DNA from: an uncultured Verrucomicrobiae bacterium
GTDB lineage: Bacteria > Verrucomicrobiota > Verrucomicrobiia > Chthoniobacterales > UBA10450
Direction: 5' to 3'
Assembly: GCA_963834385.1 (NCBI GenBank)
Contig: CAWIBO010000005.1
Span: 1 to 64,000, forward strand
DNA length: 64,000 nucleotides
Shown here: positions 18,347 through 28,497 of the stretch, in pieces
Position numbering within the stretch: the stretch's first letter is position 1
Layout of the letters: every line of letters starts with the position of its first letter
Translations under genes and position numbers: made by a program
Notes under the pieces: generated by a model
What the model saw: only the letters and a program-made list of their open reading frames with translations
The model's database searches: none
What the model was told of the DNA's origin: nothing

Positions 18347-18849
18347 AACGGGCCGTCATACTGCTGGCGGGGTGCGCGCTTCTCAGCGGCTGCGCCGGAT
18401 ATCGCATCGGCCCGGTCAAGCCTTCCCATCTGAGCGGGATCAAGACGATCGCGGTGCCGGTCTTCCGCAACAATTCGCTCCTGCCGCGGGTGGAAGTGCT
18501 GGTGACCAATTCCGTGATCAAACAGCTGCAACAGGACGGCACCTACCGGATCGAGGGGGACGAAACCGCCGACGCCACGCTCAAGGCCGAGATTCTCCGG
18601 GTCAGCCGGTCGCCGGCGCGTTCAGTGCGCGGCAACGTCCTGGCCACGACCGAATTCAATCTGACCATGCGGGTGCGCTATCGCCTGCTGGGCCGCGATG
18701 GAAGCGTCCTGGCCGGGCCGGCCGAGGCGGTGGGCGGCACGAGCTTCTTTGTCGGGAGTGATGTGGCCACGGACGAACGCCAGGCCCTGCCGCTCGCGGC
18801 GGAGGAACTGGCGACGCGCCTCGTGAGCCAGTTGAGCGAAGGCTGGTAA
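18343..18849 (+). CDS. lptE: LPS assembly lipoprotein LptE
   Basis: Lipobox LSGC, GY, TIAVPVFRN, C-terminal helix ending EGW. Confidence 0.8.
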   Translation: MKRAVILLAGCALLSGCAGYRIGPVKPSHLSGIKTIAVPVFRNNSLLPRVEVLVTNSVIKQLQQDGTYRIEGDETADATLKAEILRVSRSPARSVRGNVLATTEFNLTMRVRYRLLGRDGSVLAGPAEAVGGTSFFVGSDVATDERQALPLAAEELATRLVSQLSEGW

Positions 18850-18859
18850 CGGCCTCGGC

Positions 18860-19744
18860 ATGACCGCCGACCAAAAGCTCTGGCAGCTTCTTTTCGACAA
18901 GCTCGAACTTCTCCGGACCGGTGAGCGCCTGCCGGAGGCGGTGCGCGTGGCCGAGACCGCGCTCGAAGTGGCCCGTCGTGGTTTTGCGCCCGGGGCGCGG
19001 GAAATTGCGCAGACGCTGGAGCGGCTGGGACAGCTGAGGGAGCAACAGGGCGACCGGGCGGGCGCGAAGCCGTTCCTGGTGGAGGCGCACCAGGTTTTGG
19101 AAGAGGCTGATCCGCCCGACCACGATTTGCTTTATCGGTCGGCGCGCCGGCTGGCGCTGCTTTGCGATCACCTGGGGGAGGAGGAGGAATCGATCCGCTT
19201 TTACGAACGGGCCATCCGGGCCGCGAGCAAGATTCCGGACATGCCCTATTCCGACCTCGGGACGATGTTGAACAACGTCGCGATGGCCTACCGGAAATCG
19301 GGCCGGGGCGAGGCGGCCGAGCCGTACTACCTGCATGCGCTGGAGCTGTATGAGAAACAACTGGGGCCGGAGCATCCGGACGTGGCCTCGGTGTTGAACA
19401 ACCTCGCGGTTTTTTACACAAACGAGCGCCGTTTCCCGGAGGCGGAGAAGATGCACCTGCGCGCGCTGGCCATCCGGGAGAAGGCGTTCCCGTCGGACCA
19501 TCCGGACATTGCCCAGTCGAAATGCAATCTCGCGGTGGTTTACCATTCCAGCGGGGATTACCAGCGGGCCTCGGAGCTTTACCGGGCCTCCCTGAAAACC
19601 TGGGAGGAAACCACCCTGCAACCGACGAAGGATTACGAGATCGTGACCGCGAATTACGCCGACCTGCTGCGGTCGCTGGGCAAGGCCCGCAAGGCCAGCC
19701 AGCTCGAGGACCGCGCGCGCAAACGGCTGCGCGCCGGGCGCTGA
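18860..19744 (+). CDS. Tetratricopeptide repeat protein (kinesin light chain-type)
   Basis: Repeats LNNLA...AE..Y..AL...EK.LG.EHPDVA. Confidence 0.9.
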   Translation: MTADQKLWQLLFDKLELLRTGERLPEAVRVAETALEVARRGFAPGAREIAQTLERLGQLREQQGDRAGAKPFLVEAHQVLEEADPPDHDLLYRSARRLALLCDHLGEEEESIRFYERAIRAASKIPDMPYSDLGTMLNNVAMAYRKSGRGEAAEPYYLHALELYEKQLGPEHPDVASVLNNLAVFYTNERRFPEAEKMHLRALAIREKAFPSDHPDIAQSKCNLAVVYHSSGDYQRASELYRASLKTWEETTLQPTKDYEIVTANYADLLRSLGKARKASQLEDRARKRLRAGR

Positions 19745-19799
19745 ACCCGCGCCTTTGCCCTTGCGCTTGGCGGCGCACCGCGCAACTTAGCCTCCGCTC

Positions 19800-19883
19800 G
19801 CTCACGTGGCGGAATGGCAGACGCGTACGGCTCAGGACCGTATGGGGAAACCCGTGGAGGTTCGACTCCTCTCGTGAGCACCA
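19800..19883 (+). tRNA. tRNA-Leu (CAG), CCA encoded
   Basis: GCTCACG/CGTGAGC acceptor stem, TACGG-CTCAGGA-CCGTA anticodon arm, long variable arm, GTTCGAC. Confidence 0.97.
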
Positions 19884-19906
19884 TTTCCCCCGGGGGAAGA
19901 CCGATT

Positions 19907-20371
19907 TCAGCCGCGATCCTGCTGCATGAGAACGCCGACGCCGCTGCGGTTGACCACGCGAAACCCGAATTTTTCGTAAAGACGCACGGCCGGGTTCCCC
20001 ACGGCCACGCTGAGAAAAACCGACGTGACCTCCGGATAAGAAGTGACGAGCCGGGTCAGGAGGGCGGAGGCGATGCCGCGGCGGCGATACTCGGGCATGA
20101 CGGCAAAGGCGAGTTCCGGCGCGTTCCCGGGATCTTCCGCGGGTGTGCGCAGCCAGGCCGCGCCGATGGGCAGTTCGTCGTTCTCGCCGGTGGCGACGAC
20201 GCCGAGATCGCCGGGCCGGCCCCAGCCTTCGACGTAGCGGGCCAGCTCCGGCCGGCGGATATCGTCGCGGGAGGGCGCGGCCTGGCCCGAGCCGCCGTGG
20301 AGCGCCTGGAAAAGCATTTCCCAGAGGATCAGTTCGTCCTCGGGCGTGAGCGCGCGTATCCGGTAGGCCAT
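19907..20371 (-). CDS. GNAT family N-acetyltransferase
   Basis: V.PEYRRRGIASALL; NPAVRLYEKFGF. Confidence 0.9.
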   Translation of the reverse strand: MAYRIRALTPEDELILWEMLFQALHGGSGQAAPSRDDIRRPELARYVEGWGRPGDLGVVATGENDELPIGAAWLRTPAEDPGNAPELAFAVMPEYRRRGIASALLTRLVTSYPEVTSVFLSVAVGNPAVRLYEKFGFRVVNRSGVGVLMQQDRG

Positions 20372-20466
20372 GTCGCTCGTGAATATCCGTCCTCCGCGAG
20401 GGCGCGTCGAGCCTTGAGGTGAAGGCGGGAGGATGAGCGGAACCGGCATAATGTGTAAATTGAGGC

Positions 20467-21108
20467 GTGAGACGTTGCTTTCGTGATCGGGTGGAGGCGG
20501 GGCGTGAACTGGCGCGAGAGCTGGGCCGGTGGGCGGACCGGGAGGATGCCGTGGTCCTGGGCCTGCCGCGCGGCGGAGTGCCGGTGGCCGCGGAAGTGGC
20601 GCGGGCGTTGCGCCTGCCGCTGGATGTTTTCCTGGTGCGCAAACTGGGATTGCCGGAGCAACCGGAGCTGGCCATGGGCGCGATCGGCAGCGGCGGGATC
20701 CGGGTCCTGAATGACGAAGTGGTGCAGGGCTACGGTGTGGCCCCGGAAGTGATCGAGAAGGTGGCGCGCGCCGAGGAACGCGAACTGGTGCGACGGGAGC
20801 AGATTTACCGGGCGGCGCGCCCCGCGCTGCCGGTCGGCGGAAAGACGGCGATCGTGGTGGACGACGGGATTGCGACCGGTTCGACGATGAAGGCGGCGGC
20901 GGCGGCGCTGCGGCAGGCGGGCGCGGCCACGGTGGTGGCGGCGGCGCCCACGATCGCGCAGGAAACGATCGCGGTCCTGCGCGGCGCGGCCGACGAGATC
21001 GTCGCCGTGATGGCCCCGGATAATTTTTCCGGGGTGGGCGAGTGGTATGAAGATTTCGCGCAGATCAGCGACGAGGAAGTGCGCGACTGCCTGGCCGGGC
21101 GGGCGTGA
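20467..21108 (+). CDS. Phosphoribosyltransferase family protein
   Basis: FRDR.EAG, LPRGGVPVA, VVDDGIATG, VGEWYEDF. Confidence 0.92.
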   Translation: MRRCFRDRVEAGRELARELGRWADREDAVVLGLPRGGVPVAAEVARALRLPLDVFLVRKLGLPEQPELAMGAIGSGGIRVLNDEVVQGYGVAPEVIEKVARAEERELVRREQIYRAARPALPVGGKTAIVVDDGIATGSTMKAAAAALRQAGAATVVAAAPTIAQETIAVLRGAADEIVAVMAPDNFSGVGEWYEDFAQISDEEVRDCLAGRA

Positions 21109-21158
21109 AGGTGGGCGTGCCGCTTGTTTAAGAAGGCCGCTTCCGGCAGGATCGACCA

Positions 21159-21929
21159 ATGACCGACCAAAAAGCCGGCGCCGGCCTTTCGCCGCTGACC
21201 GCCCCGAAGGAGCGGGTCGATGAAGTCCTGCTGGAAGGGCCGCGCTCGCGCCTGGAAGAGCTGGTGATGCTCGCGCGGGTGATGCGCGATTTTCTGCGCG
21301 GCTTTCGGGTGCTGCATTTCGTCGGTCCCTGCGTGACCGTGTTCGGCTCGGCCCGGACCCTGGCCGACGACCCGTTCTACCAGCTGGCGCGCGAGGTGGG
21401 CGCGGGAATTGCCCAGCTTGGTTTCACGGTCATGACCGGTGGCGGGCCCGGCATCATGGAGGCGGCCAACCGCGGCGCGCGGGACGTGGGCGGACGTTCC
21501 GTGGGTTGCAACATCGAGCTCCCGTTTGAGCAGGAACCGAATGCCTATCTCGACAGCTGCGTGACGATGCATCACTTCTTCGTCAGAAAAGCCCTCCTGA
21601 TCAAATACTCGTATGCCTTCGTGGTGATGCCGGGCGGCGCGGGCACGGTGGACGAGCTCTTCGAGGCGTTGACGCTGATTCAAACGGGCAAGCTTCGCAA
21701 TTTTCCCATTGTGGTCATGGGGACGGAATACTGGAGCGAGGTGCTGGAGGCGCTGCAAAAAATGGCGCGCGTGGGAACGATCAGCGTGTCCGATCTGAGC
21801 CTGGTTTACGCGACCGATTCCGTGGCCGAAGCCATGGCCCATATCCGGGAGCGGGCGATCGAGCCGTTCGGGCTGCGGCGCGCGGCGCGGCGCCGGTTGC
21901 CCTGGCTGGGCGAAGGATACGAACGATGA
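21159..21929 (+). CDS. TIGR00730/LOG family Rossmann-fold protein
   Basis: TVFGSAR, TGGGPGIMEAAN, PGGAGTVDE. Confidence 0.92.
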   Translation: MTDQKAGAGLSPLTAPKERVDEVLLEGPRSRLEELVMLARVMRDFLRGFRVLHFVGPCVTVFGSARTLADDPFYQLAREVGAGIAQLGFTVMTGGGPGIMEAANRGARDVGGRSVGCNIELPFEQEPNAYLDSCVTMHHFFVRKALLIKYSYAFVVMPGGAGTVDELFEALTLIQTGKLRNFPIVVMGTEYWSEVLEALQKMARVGTISVSDLSLVYATDSVAEAMAHIRERAIEPFGLRRAARRRLPWLGEGYER

Positions 21930-22732
21930 AAGTTTCCGTCGTCATTCCCTGTTTCAACGAGGAGGCGACCATCGCCGAAATCCTGGCGGCGGTACGACGG
22001 GCGCCCATTCCCGAGGTGGAGTTGATCGTGGTGGATGATGGTTCCACGGACGGAACCCGGGCCTTGTTGCAGGGCGAGGCCGGCCGCCTGGCCGACCGCG
22101 TCATTTTTTCCGAGCGCAACCGGGGCAAAGGGGCCGCGCTCCAGGCGGGATTCGCGGCCGCCACCGGCGAGGTGATCATTGTCCAGGACGCCGACCTTGA
22201 GTATGACCCGGCGGAATACCCTGTCTTGCTCGGGCCGATTGCGAGCGGGCATGCCGATGCGGTTTACGGGTCGCGCTTCCTGGGCGACCGGCCGCATCGG
22301 GCGGTCTACTTCTGGCACATGGCGGGGAACAAGGTGCTGACGCTTTGCTCGAATATTTTTACGAACCTGAACCTGACCGACATGGAGACCTGCTACAAAG
22401 CGTTCCGCCGCGAGCTCCTGGAGCGGATCACGCTGCGTGAGGAAGGCTTTGGTTTTGATGCCGAGTTCACCGCGCGTCTCGCGCAAACGCGCTGCCGCAT
22501 CTACGAGGTGGGGATTTCCTATCACGGCCGCACTTATGAGGCGGGGAAGAAGGTGAACTGGCGGGACGGTTTCCGCGCGCTCTACGCGATCGTGCGCTAC
22601 AATCTGGCCCGGCCGGTGCGCAGCCCGGCGTCAAACAGCGTCACGGCGCCGGACGCTCCTGCCCGGGAGCCGGCAGTTCGTCCAGTTCCGCCTCCATCTC
22701 CCGTTGCAGATGACGCCGCGCCGACTTCTTGA
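21926..22732 (+). CDS. Glycosyltransferase family 2 (polyprenol-P-sugar synthase-like)
   Basis: VIPCFNE, VDDGSTDGT, QDADLEYDP, DMETCYK. Confidence 0.93.
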   Translation: MKVSVVIPCFNEEATIAEILAAVRRAPIPEVELIVVDDGSTDGTRALLQGEAGRLADRVIFSERNRGKGAALQAGFAAATGEVIIVQDADLEYDPAEYPVLLGPIASGHADAVYGSRFLGDRPHRAVYFWHMAGNKVLTLCSNIFTNLNLTDMETCYKAFRRELLERITLREEGFGFDAEFTARLAQTRCRIYEVGISYHGRTYEAGKKVNWRDGFRALYAIVRYNLARPVRSPASNSVTAPDAPAREPAVRPVPPPSPVADDAAPTS

Positions 22733-22877
22733 TCGCGCGCCGGGTGGCGGCCACGGCTTCCTTCTCGGCCTGGCGCTGGCGGTGGCTGACATGACGATCG
22801 GGTGAGGGAGCGTGATGCTCGACCAGCGGGCGGTTTTCGCCCACACGGCGTTCCGAAGGCCTGGCGTAAGCGTCCAT
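22641..22877 (-). CDS. Small hypothetical protein
   Basis: 78-aa ORF (MDAYARP...) downstream of the PEP-CTERM gene; overlaps the low-complexity tail of the GT2. Confidence 0.4.
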   Translation of the reverse strand: MDAYARPSERRVGENRPLVEHHAPSPDRHVSHRQRQAEKEAVAATRRAIKKSARRHLQREMEAELDELPAPGQERPAP

Positions 22878-22929
22878 CGCGTTGAAAAACATCCGCGCCT
22901 CCGCGCGGCGCGCAAGGCTGCGATCCGGC

Positions 22930-23596
22930 TCAGGCGCGGCGACGCCGCCACCAGCCAAGGCCGGCCAGACCAGCCAGGCCAACGCCGGCCAGCGTGATCG
23001 ATCCCGGCTCGGGAATGGCGACCGACCACTCGAGCGCGGTCAGTTGACCGGCAGGATCAAAGGCGGCATGGGCCGCCTCGTCCTGAACAAATGAGGTCAG
23101 CCGGGCGAGAGCGTCCGTGTCGCCGTTCCCGGCGGCAATGAGCAGATCGACCATGGCGCTGTGGCCGATCGCGGGGCTGCCCGGCGATGCCCGGGAAAAT
23201 ATCGCTCCATTTGTGGCCGATGGCGCTCGCAGCAAAACCAGGGTTCACGATCGTGAAGATATGGTCCTTTTCGTCCCCGATTCCGGAGACCCCGAGGGCG
23301 TAACCGATCAGGAGCGAAGAGGTCGGCTGGAAGGCGATGATGTGGGAGAGATGAGTGGACGCCTGGCCGGCGAGAGTATAGCCGCCCTCCATGTTCCAAT
23401 CCCCGGTGGTGTTCCACTCAAAGATGTAGGTGCCGACGACGTCGGAACCGCTGGTGGGAAGAAAGCCAAGGTGAATGTCGTAGGTGACTTCGTACCCGCC
23501 GGCGACGGCCGTGACATCGGAGCGCGCGGTGGAGGCGAGAAAGAGGCAGGCGACCCCGGTGAGAAGGCGGATAACGAGCAAAGAGGGGGTGCTCAT
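22930..23596 (-). CDS. PEP-CTERM sorting domain protein (frameshift near 23170)
   Basis: Signal peptide in ORF 23057-23596; IPEPGS-TM-WWRRRRA in ORF 22930-23235; removing one base joins them. Confidence 0.8.
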
Positions 23597-23702
23597 GAGG
23601 AAAAGGATGAGGGGCGGAGGGCAGGGGCGACAAGAGAAATCGCCGGCGGCGAAGCGGAGGAGGAGGCCTGTTTTTGCGCGCGGTATGCGTTAGAATGTCC
23701 GC

Positions 23703-24398
23703 TTGCATCCCGGGACCCTGAGTGAACGCGATCCGGCGCAGGTGCGGGCCATGTTCGACCGCGTGGCGCCCCGCTACGACCTCGCCAATCACCTCTTAAG
23801 CGGCGGTTGCGATTTCCTCTGGCGCCGGCGGGCGGCGCGCACGGTGCAAAGGTGGCGTCCGGACCGGGTGCTCGACCTGGCCACGGGCAGCGGCGACCTT
23901 GCCCTCGCTTTGCAACGCGCCCTGCCGGAGGCGGAAATCACAGGAGCCGATTTCTCCGAGGCGATGCTGGCACGGGCGCGGGCCAAGGGTGTGCGGCGAA
24001 CCGTGGTGGCGGACGGTCTGGCGCTGCCGTTCCCGCCGGAAACGTTCGACTGCGTGACGGTCGCCTTCGGGCTGCGCAACATGGCGGACTGGGACGCGGC
24101 CCTGCGCGAAATGGGAAGAGTGCTGCGGGCCGGCGGGCGCCTGCTGGTGATGGATTTTTCCCTCCCGCCACCGCCGCTGCGCGGTTTGTATCGCTGGTAT
24201 CTCCATGCCGTTTTGCCCCGGCTGGCCGACTGGTTGAGCGGGGAAAAAGGGGCCTACCAGTATCTGGGCGCGTCGATTGAAAATTTTCCGGCCGGCACGG
24301 CCATGGCGGGCCGGCTGCGGGAGAACGGGTTCGCTGACCCGACGGTGGAACCGTTGACCGGCGGGATTGTGACCCTTTACACCGCGCGCAAACCCTAG
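23703..24398 (+). CDS. ubiE: UbiE/MenG demethylmenaquinone methyltransferase
   Basis: MFDRVAPRYDLANH, LDLATGSGD, VAFGLRN, AYQYL..SI..FP. Confidence 0.92.
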   Translation: MHPGTLSERDPAQVRAMFDRVAPRYDLANHLLSGGCDFLWRRRAARTVQRWRPDRVLDLATGSGDLALALQRALPEAEITGADFSEAMLARARAKGVRRTVVADGLALPFPPETFDCVTVAFGLRNMADWDAALREMGRVLRAGGRLLVMDFSLPPPPLRGLYRWYLHAVLPRLADWLSGEKGAYQYLGASIENFPAGTAMAGRLRENGFADPTVEPLTGGIVTLYTARKP

Positions 24399-26230
24399 GG
24401 CGCGGCGGGGGTGGGAGAAATCGTCGGCGTAACTGGGGCGACCGGGGTGGCTGCCGGAGCGGTGACCGTGAGCGGGAGCCGGAGCGCGCTGACATCCGGG
24501 TTGCTCAGGACAAAGGTGCCCTCGCGGGAGCCGATGCGGGCATGCCACATTCTTTCGGGGGTGGCGGCTCCCACGGTCAGTGTTTGTTCCTTTTGGCCGT
24601 CGCCGCCCTGTTGGAACGTGACGGTGAGGAGCGGCTGCTCAAAACCGTGCGCGGCCGTGGTGGCGCCGGCCCAGCGCACCGCGCGAAGATTGGAGAGCGT
24701 GTTGACGAGAGATTCGGTGGTGGACTGGTTGACCTCGACCGCTTCCGAGCGCCAGGCGCCCTTGTCGTCGCGCGTCAAAACAATCTCGCGGTCGGTCTTC
24801 ACGGAAACGCGGCGGATTTCTTCCGGCTTGAATTTGAAGATGGTGGTTTCCTGCCAGCGCAGCGGGTCGGCGGGAATATTTTCCACGAACGCGCGGCGGA
24901 CGGCGACGATGAAAGGATCGTCCGCGACCCGGGCGAAGACGATGTCTCCCTCCGTGCGCCCGAAGGCGACTTTGGCAAAGGGGCGTTCGCCGGCCTGGCT
25001 TTCCGCGGTGTTCTCCGAGGCGAACGAGCTGAGCGTGAGTTGCAGCGAGGGGCGGTCGAGCCCGTATTTGGCGAGATCGGAGGCGACGTTATCGACGAAG
25101 CGCGCGACCTGCTCGCCTTGCAGGGCCTGGAGGAGCCGGTTTACCTCGGCGCTATCGGCGGGTGAATTGTTTCGGCTCGCCAGGGTCCACTTTTCCTCCT
25201 GCCGGGCGAGAACAGTCTTCGCGCCGGGCGCCTCGAGGGTGATGCGGTCGAGGATGTCAGGGTCGAAACGCAGCAACTGGCGGTCGCGCAGGGCGTCCGG
25301 GGTCAGTTGCAGCACGGTCTCGAGCGCTTTCGGCACGGTGTAGACCGCCGCGCGCGGCACGAACCGGACATAAACCTCCGCGCCTTCCGGGCCCGCGGCT
25401 TTTCCGATCTGCAACACTTTCGGCGCGGGCGGGGTGCCGGACCCAAAAAGGGTGACCGAGCCGCGCGGCTCGGCCAGGCCGTACGGTTTCAGATCGGCCG
25501 AATCTTCGGCGACGAATTTTTCCACGCGGGCGGTGGTCAGCCGGGCGATGAGATCGTTGACCTTCTGGGTGTCGGCCGCCGTTTTCATGGGCTTGACGAT
25601 CTCCCAGCGTTCACCGGTTTTCTGGAGCTCCATTTCCCCGGCGGGCGTGGCCAGGAGCAGGCGGGTGACCTCGCCCGTGGCGAGATCGGTCAGGTTTTTA
25701 TCGCGAAATTCCTCGGGTTTACGGGTGATGGCCTGTTTGACGCCCTGACTGACAATGAAGGCGTCGCGCGAGTTCGCGAGGCGCACATACATGCGGCCCT
25801 CGAAGGCGGAGTCCCGGCCAAAGACGATCTCGGGGGGCGCGTCCTCGCCCTGGAGCTTGAGCCGGAGGCGCGGTTTGACCAGGCCGAACTCCTCGAGCCG
25901 CTCCTTGTTTTTCTCCAGCTCATCCGCGGCAATGGTGCTTTCCTTCTGCCAGTTCTCCACCTCGGCGAGCAGACCCTCGACGGTGGCCTCGTCGGCCTGA
26001 TCCTTGATCGGCGACTCCAGCCGCCACTTATCCTCGACGCGCCGCAGCTCGATCCGGTCGTCGCCGTTCTCGATGATGATTCCGTTGATGCGAGCGGGAT
26101 CGAAATCGACGACCTGGAGCGACTTTTGGCGCGCCTCGGCGGTGCCGGGCCGTTTGCTCTCGAAGAACTTGATGTAGAGCCCGATGGCCACGGCGAGGCC
26201 AAGCAGGATCAGGGTGGTCTTCGTTTTCAT
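24395..26230 (-). CDS. DUF4340 domain protein (about three repeats)
   Basis: Repeated W.L..P...AD, L..YGL..P and RD..L units; N-terminal TM. Confidence 0.85.
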   Translation of the reverse strand: MKTKTTLILLGLAVAIGLYIKFFESKRPGTAEARQKSLQVVDFDPARINGIIIENGDDRIELRRVEDKWRLESPIKDQADEATVEGLLAEVENWQKESTIAADELEKNKERLEEFGLVKPRLRLKLQGEDAPPEIVFGRDSAFEGRMYVRLANSRDAFIVSQGVKQAITRKPEEFRDKNLTDLATGEVTRLLLATPAGEMELQKTGERWEIVKPMKTAADTQKVNDLIARLTTARVEKFVAEDSADLKPYGLAEPRGSVTLFGSGTPPAPKVLQIGKAAGPEGAEVYVRFVPRAAVYTVPKALETVLQLTPDALRDRQLLRFDPDILDRITLEAPGAKTVLARQEEKWTLASRNNSPADSAEVNRLLQALQGEQVARFVDNVASDLAKYGLDRPSLQLTLSSFASENTAESQAGERPFAKVAFGRTEGDIVFARVADDPFIVAVRRAFVENIPADPLRWQETTIFKFKPEEIRRVSVKTDREIVLTRDDKGAWRSEAVEVNQSTTESLVNTLSNLRAVRWAGATTAAHGFEQPLLTVTFQQGGDGQKEQTLTVGAATPERMWHARIGSREGTFVLSNPDVSALRLPLTVTAPAATPVAPVTPTISPTPAAP

Positions 26231-26240
26231 CGGCGCGAAA

Positions 26241-27731
26241 TCAGGTCCGGCGCCGCCACCAGACGGCGAGCCCGGCGAGCGCGGGCAAAAGCGGGATGAG
26301 GACGAGGACGAGCCAGCGGAACTGGCTCAACGCTTTTTCGTCGAGGTTAAAGGTGAGCGTCTGCGGCACTTTGGGCGCAATCCCGATGAGCTCCTCCCGG
26401 TTCATGAGCCAGTTGAGGCTGGCGGAGACGAAATCGAGCGCCTGCTGGTCCTGGGTGATGCCGGTGTCCTTGATGAACTCGGCGTTGGTCACCACGACCA
26501 TGCGGGCCGAGTTGACCTGGACGCGGTTGTCACCCGGCGCGCCTTTCTCGATGAGCGCGCCGATGGTGAGCGGTTCGCCATGGTCGCGCCCCTGGTCGAA
26601 CTGGAGGACGGCGTCGTCGGTGGAAAGATGGTCCACCTCGCCCCAGTAGCCTTTCTCCGCCTGGATGATCGGCTGGAGCTGCACGTTGGCGGCGCGGGCG
26701 CGGTCGAGCTCGAGCACCATGGACGAGGTGCCGCCGAGCAACGGCGCGCGGACATCAGCGAGGCGGGAAGTAACAGCGGTGCCGGGCATGAACCGGGCAA
26801 TGACGTCGCGCACCCGCACCACTTCCTGGATGCCGGTTTTCATCATGGCCATGAGCCGGTCGTCGTTCACCCGCAGGCCCAGCTCGCCGAGAAAGGCGGT
26901 CAGGCGCGTGGTCCGGGCCGAGGGATCAATCAGGAGAAGGATGCGGCCCTGCTTGTTCCAGTAATCGCGCAGGAGCTGCATTTCGCGCTCGGAGAAATCG
27001 TATTGCGGGCCGTTGATGAAGATCGCCTGGATCTCGGATGGAATGGCCGGCACCTCGAACAGGCTCAGCTCCTGGAGCTGGATGTTCTCGTTCTCGATCA
27101 ACTGCTTGAGGATGGTGATGCCGCCCTCGGCGGCGGGGGCGGGTTCCTTGTGCCCGATGACGTAGCCGACCACGTTCTTGCGGCCTTCCACCAGGTCGAT
27201 CATCGCGCCGGTGACCGCCTGTTCGCCCTTGAAGGCCACGACCTTGGGCGCCTCGCCGAAGATCGGATTGCCCTGGTCGAGCTCGGCCATCTCCGAGGCC
27301 TTGACCGTTTTGCTCCGGCCCTCGTAATCGACCACGACGAGGCTTTCGTCACTCACGACCTTGTATTTGTCGAAGAGCTCCTTGGCCCGCGAGATGTTGC
27401 GCTCGGGATCGATGATCTCGACGTCGATCTTCCCGCGCGAGGCGTACTGGTATTGCGTGAGCAGCCCCTGGACATCATCGACCAGCGGATGGTTCGGTCC
27501 GAAGAACATGGTCACGCGGATCTTGCCCTTGATGGAGCCGAGGAACCGCTCCGTCTTGTCCGAGAGCTGATATTTTTTGTCGCGGGAAAGATCCCAGCGT
27601 TTGTAATGCTGGAACCCGAGATAGTTGACCATGGCGGCGAGGAAAAGAATGAGGCCGACCTGGACAAGGACGTTGGCGCCGATCTGGAGGCGTCCAATTC
27701 GCTTTGGTTTGGAGGAATCTGGTGGCGCCAT
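26241..27731 (-). CDS. GldG-family ABC transporter auxiliary protein
   Basis: RWDLS.DK.Y.LS, F.GEQAVT, GHKE, LNWL, C-terminal TM-WWRRR. Confidence 0.85.
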   Translation of the reverse strand: MAPPDSSKPKRIGRLQIGANVLVQVGLILFLAAMVNYLGFQHYKRWDLSRDKKYQLSDKTERFLGSIKGKIRVTMFFGPNHPLVDDVQGLLTQYQYASRGKIDVEIIDPERNISRAKELFDKYKVVSDESLVVVDYEGRSKTVKASEMAELDQGNPIFGEAPKVVAFKGEQAVTGAMIDLVEGRKNVVGYVIGHKEPAPAAEGGITILKQLIENENIQLQELSLFEVPAIPSEIQAIFINGPQYDFSEREMQLLRDYWNKQGRILLLIDPSARTTRLTAFLGELGLRVNDDRLMAMMKTGIQEVVRVRDVIARFMPGTAVTSRLADVRAPLLGGTSSMVLELDRARAANVQLQPIIQAEKGYWGEVDHLSTDDAVLQFDQGRDHGEPLTIGALIEKGAPGDNRVQVNSARMVVVTNAEFIKDTGITQDQQALDFVSASLNWLMNREELIGIAPKVPQTLTFNLDEKALSQFRWLVLVLIPLLPALAGLAVWWRRRT

Positions 27732-27733
27732 GG

Positions 27734-28492
27734 TCACAGCCTCCATTTCCGGCTTTGGAACGCCTGGTAGGTGAGGGCGAGCATGACCACGGTCATGCTG
27801 GTGTAAAGGACCATGGGCCGGGTATCGATCTCGCCGCGGGAGAGCGTGCCCATCTGCTCGATGGCGGAAAAGTAACCGAGCAGTTGCCGGGTGGTCGAGC
27901 TGACGTTGAGAAGGATGAACCCGATCAGGCCGGAAAAGAAGTGGAGCGTGATCACGCAGAAGGCAATGATGGCGGCCACGATCTGGTTGCGGGTCAGCAC
28001 CGAGGCAAAACAGCCGACGGCGATGTAAAACATCCCGAGGAGGAGGAGCATCAGGTAGGAGCCGAGATAGGAACCGAGGGAGGCCCCGGCCGGCTGCTTC
28101 GTGATGAACTGGAAAATGACGAAGTAGAGCAGCGTCGGGATCCAGAGAACGACGTAGAAGACCAGCGCGCCGAAGAACTTCGAAAGGACAATCTCCCAGT
28201 CGCGCACCGGGGCGGTCATGAGCGGCTCGATCGTGCCCAGCTTAAATTCCTCCGAGAACAGCCGCATGGTGATGAGCGGGAAGATCAGGACAAAGGCGAA
28301 CCAGAAGAAGACCGAGTTAAAAAAGGCCTCCAGCACCGTGTAAGGCACCTGGCGCCCGTTCATGAACGAGATTTGAAAATAGAAATCGGCCCCGCTCACG
28401 AGCAGGAAAAAGAGCATGACGATGTAGGCGATGGGGGAGTAAAAATAACTCCGCACTTCGCGGCCGAGCAGGGTGGAAAATCGGCGAAACAT
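27734..28492 (-). CDS. ABC-2 type permease (GldF-like)
   Basis: REVRSYFYSPIAY, TMRLFSEE.K.GTIE.L.TAP, TRNQIVAA. Confidence 0.9.
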   Translation of the reverse strand: MFRRFSTLLGREVRSYFYSPIAYIVMLFFLLVSGADFYFQISFMNGRQVPYTVLEAFFNSVFFWFAFVLIFPLITMRLFSEEFKLGTIEPLMTAPVRDWEIVLSKFFGALVFYVVLWIPTLLYFVIFQFITKQPAGASLGSYLGSYLMLLLLGMFYIAVGCFASVLTRNQIVAAIIAFCVITLHFFSGLIGFILLNVSSTTRQLLGYFSAIEQMGTLSRGEIDTRPMVLYTSMTVVMLALTYQAFQSRKWRL

Positions 28493-28497
28493 CGTGG

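Noticed and set aside
18678..20675. 665-aa minus-strand ORF and similar long antisense ORFs (e.g. 28726-30666, 39028-40665)
   Set aside because: High-GC shadow frames overlapping well-supported genes or a tRNA; no motifs
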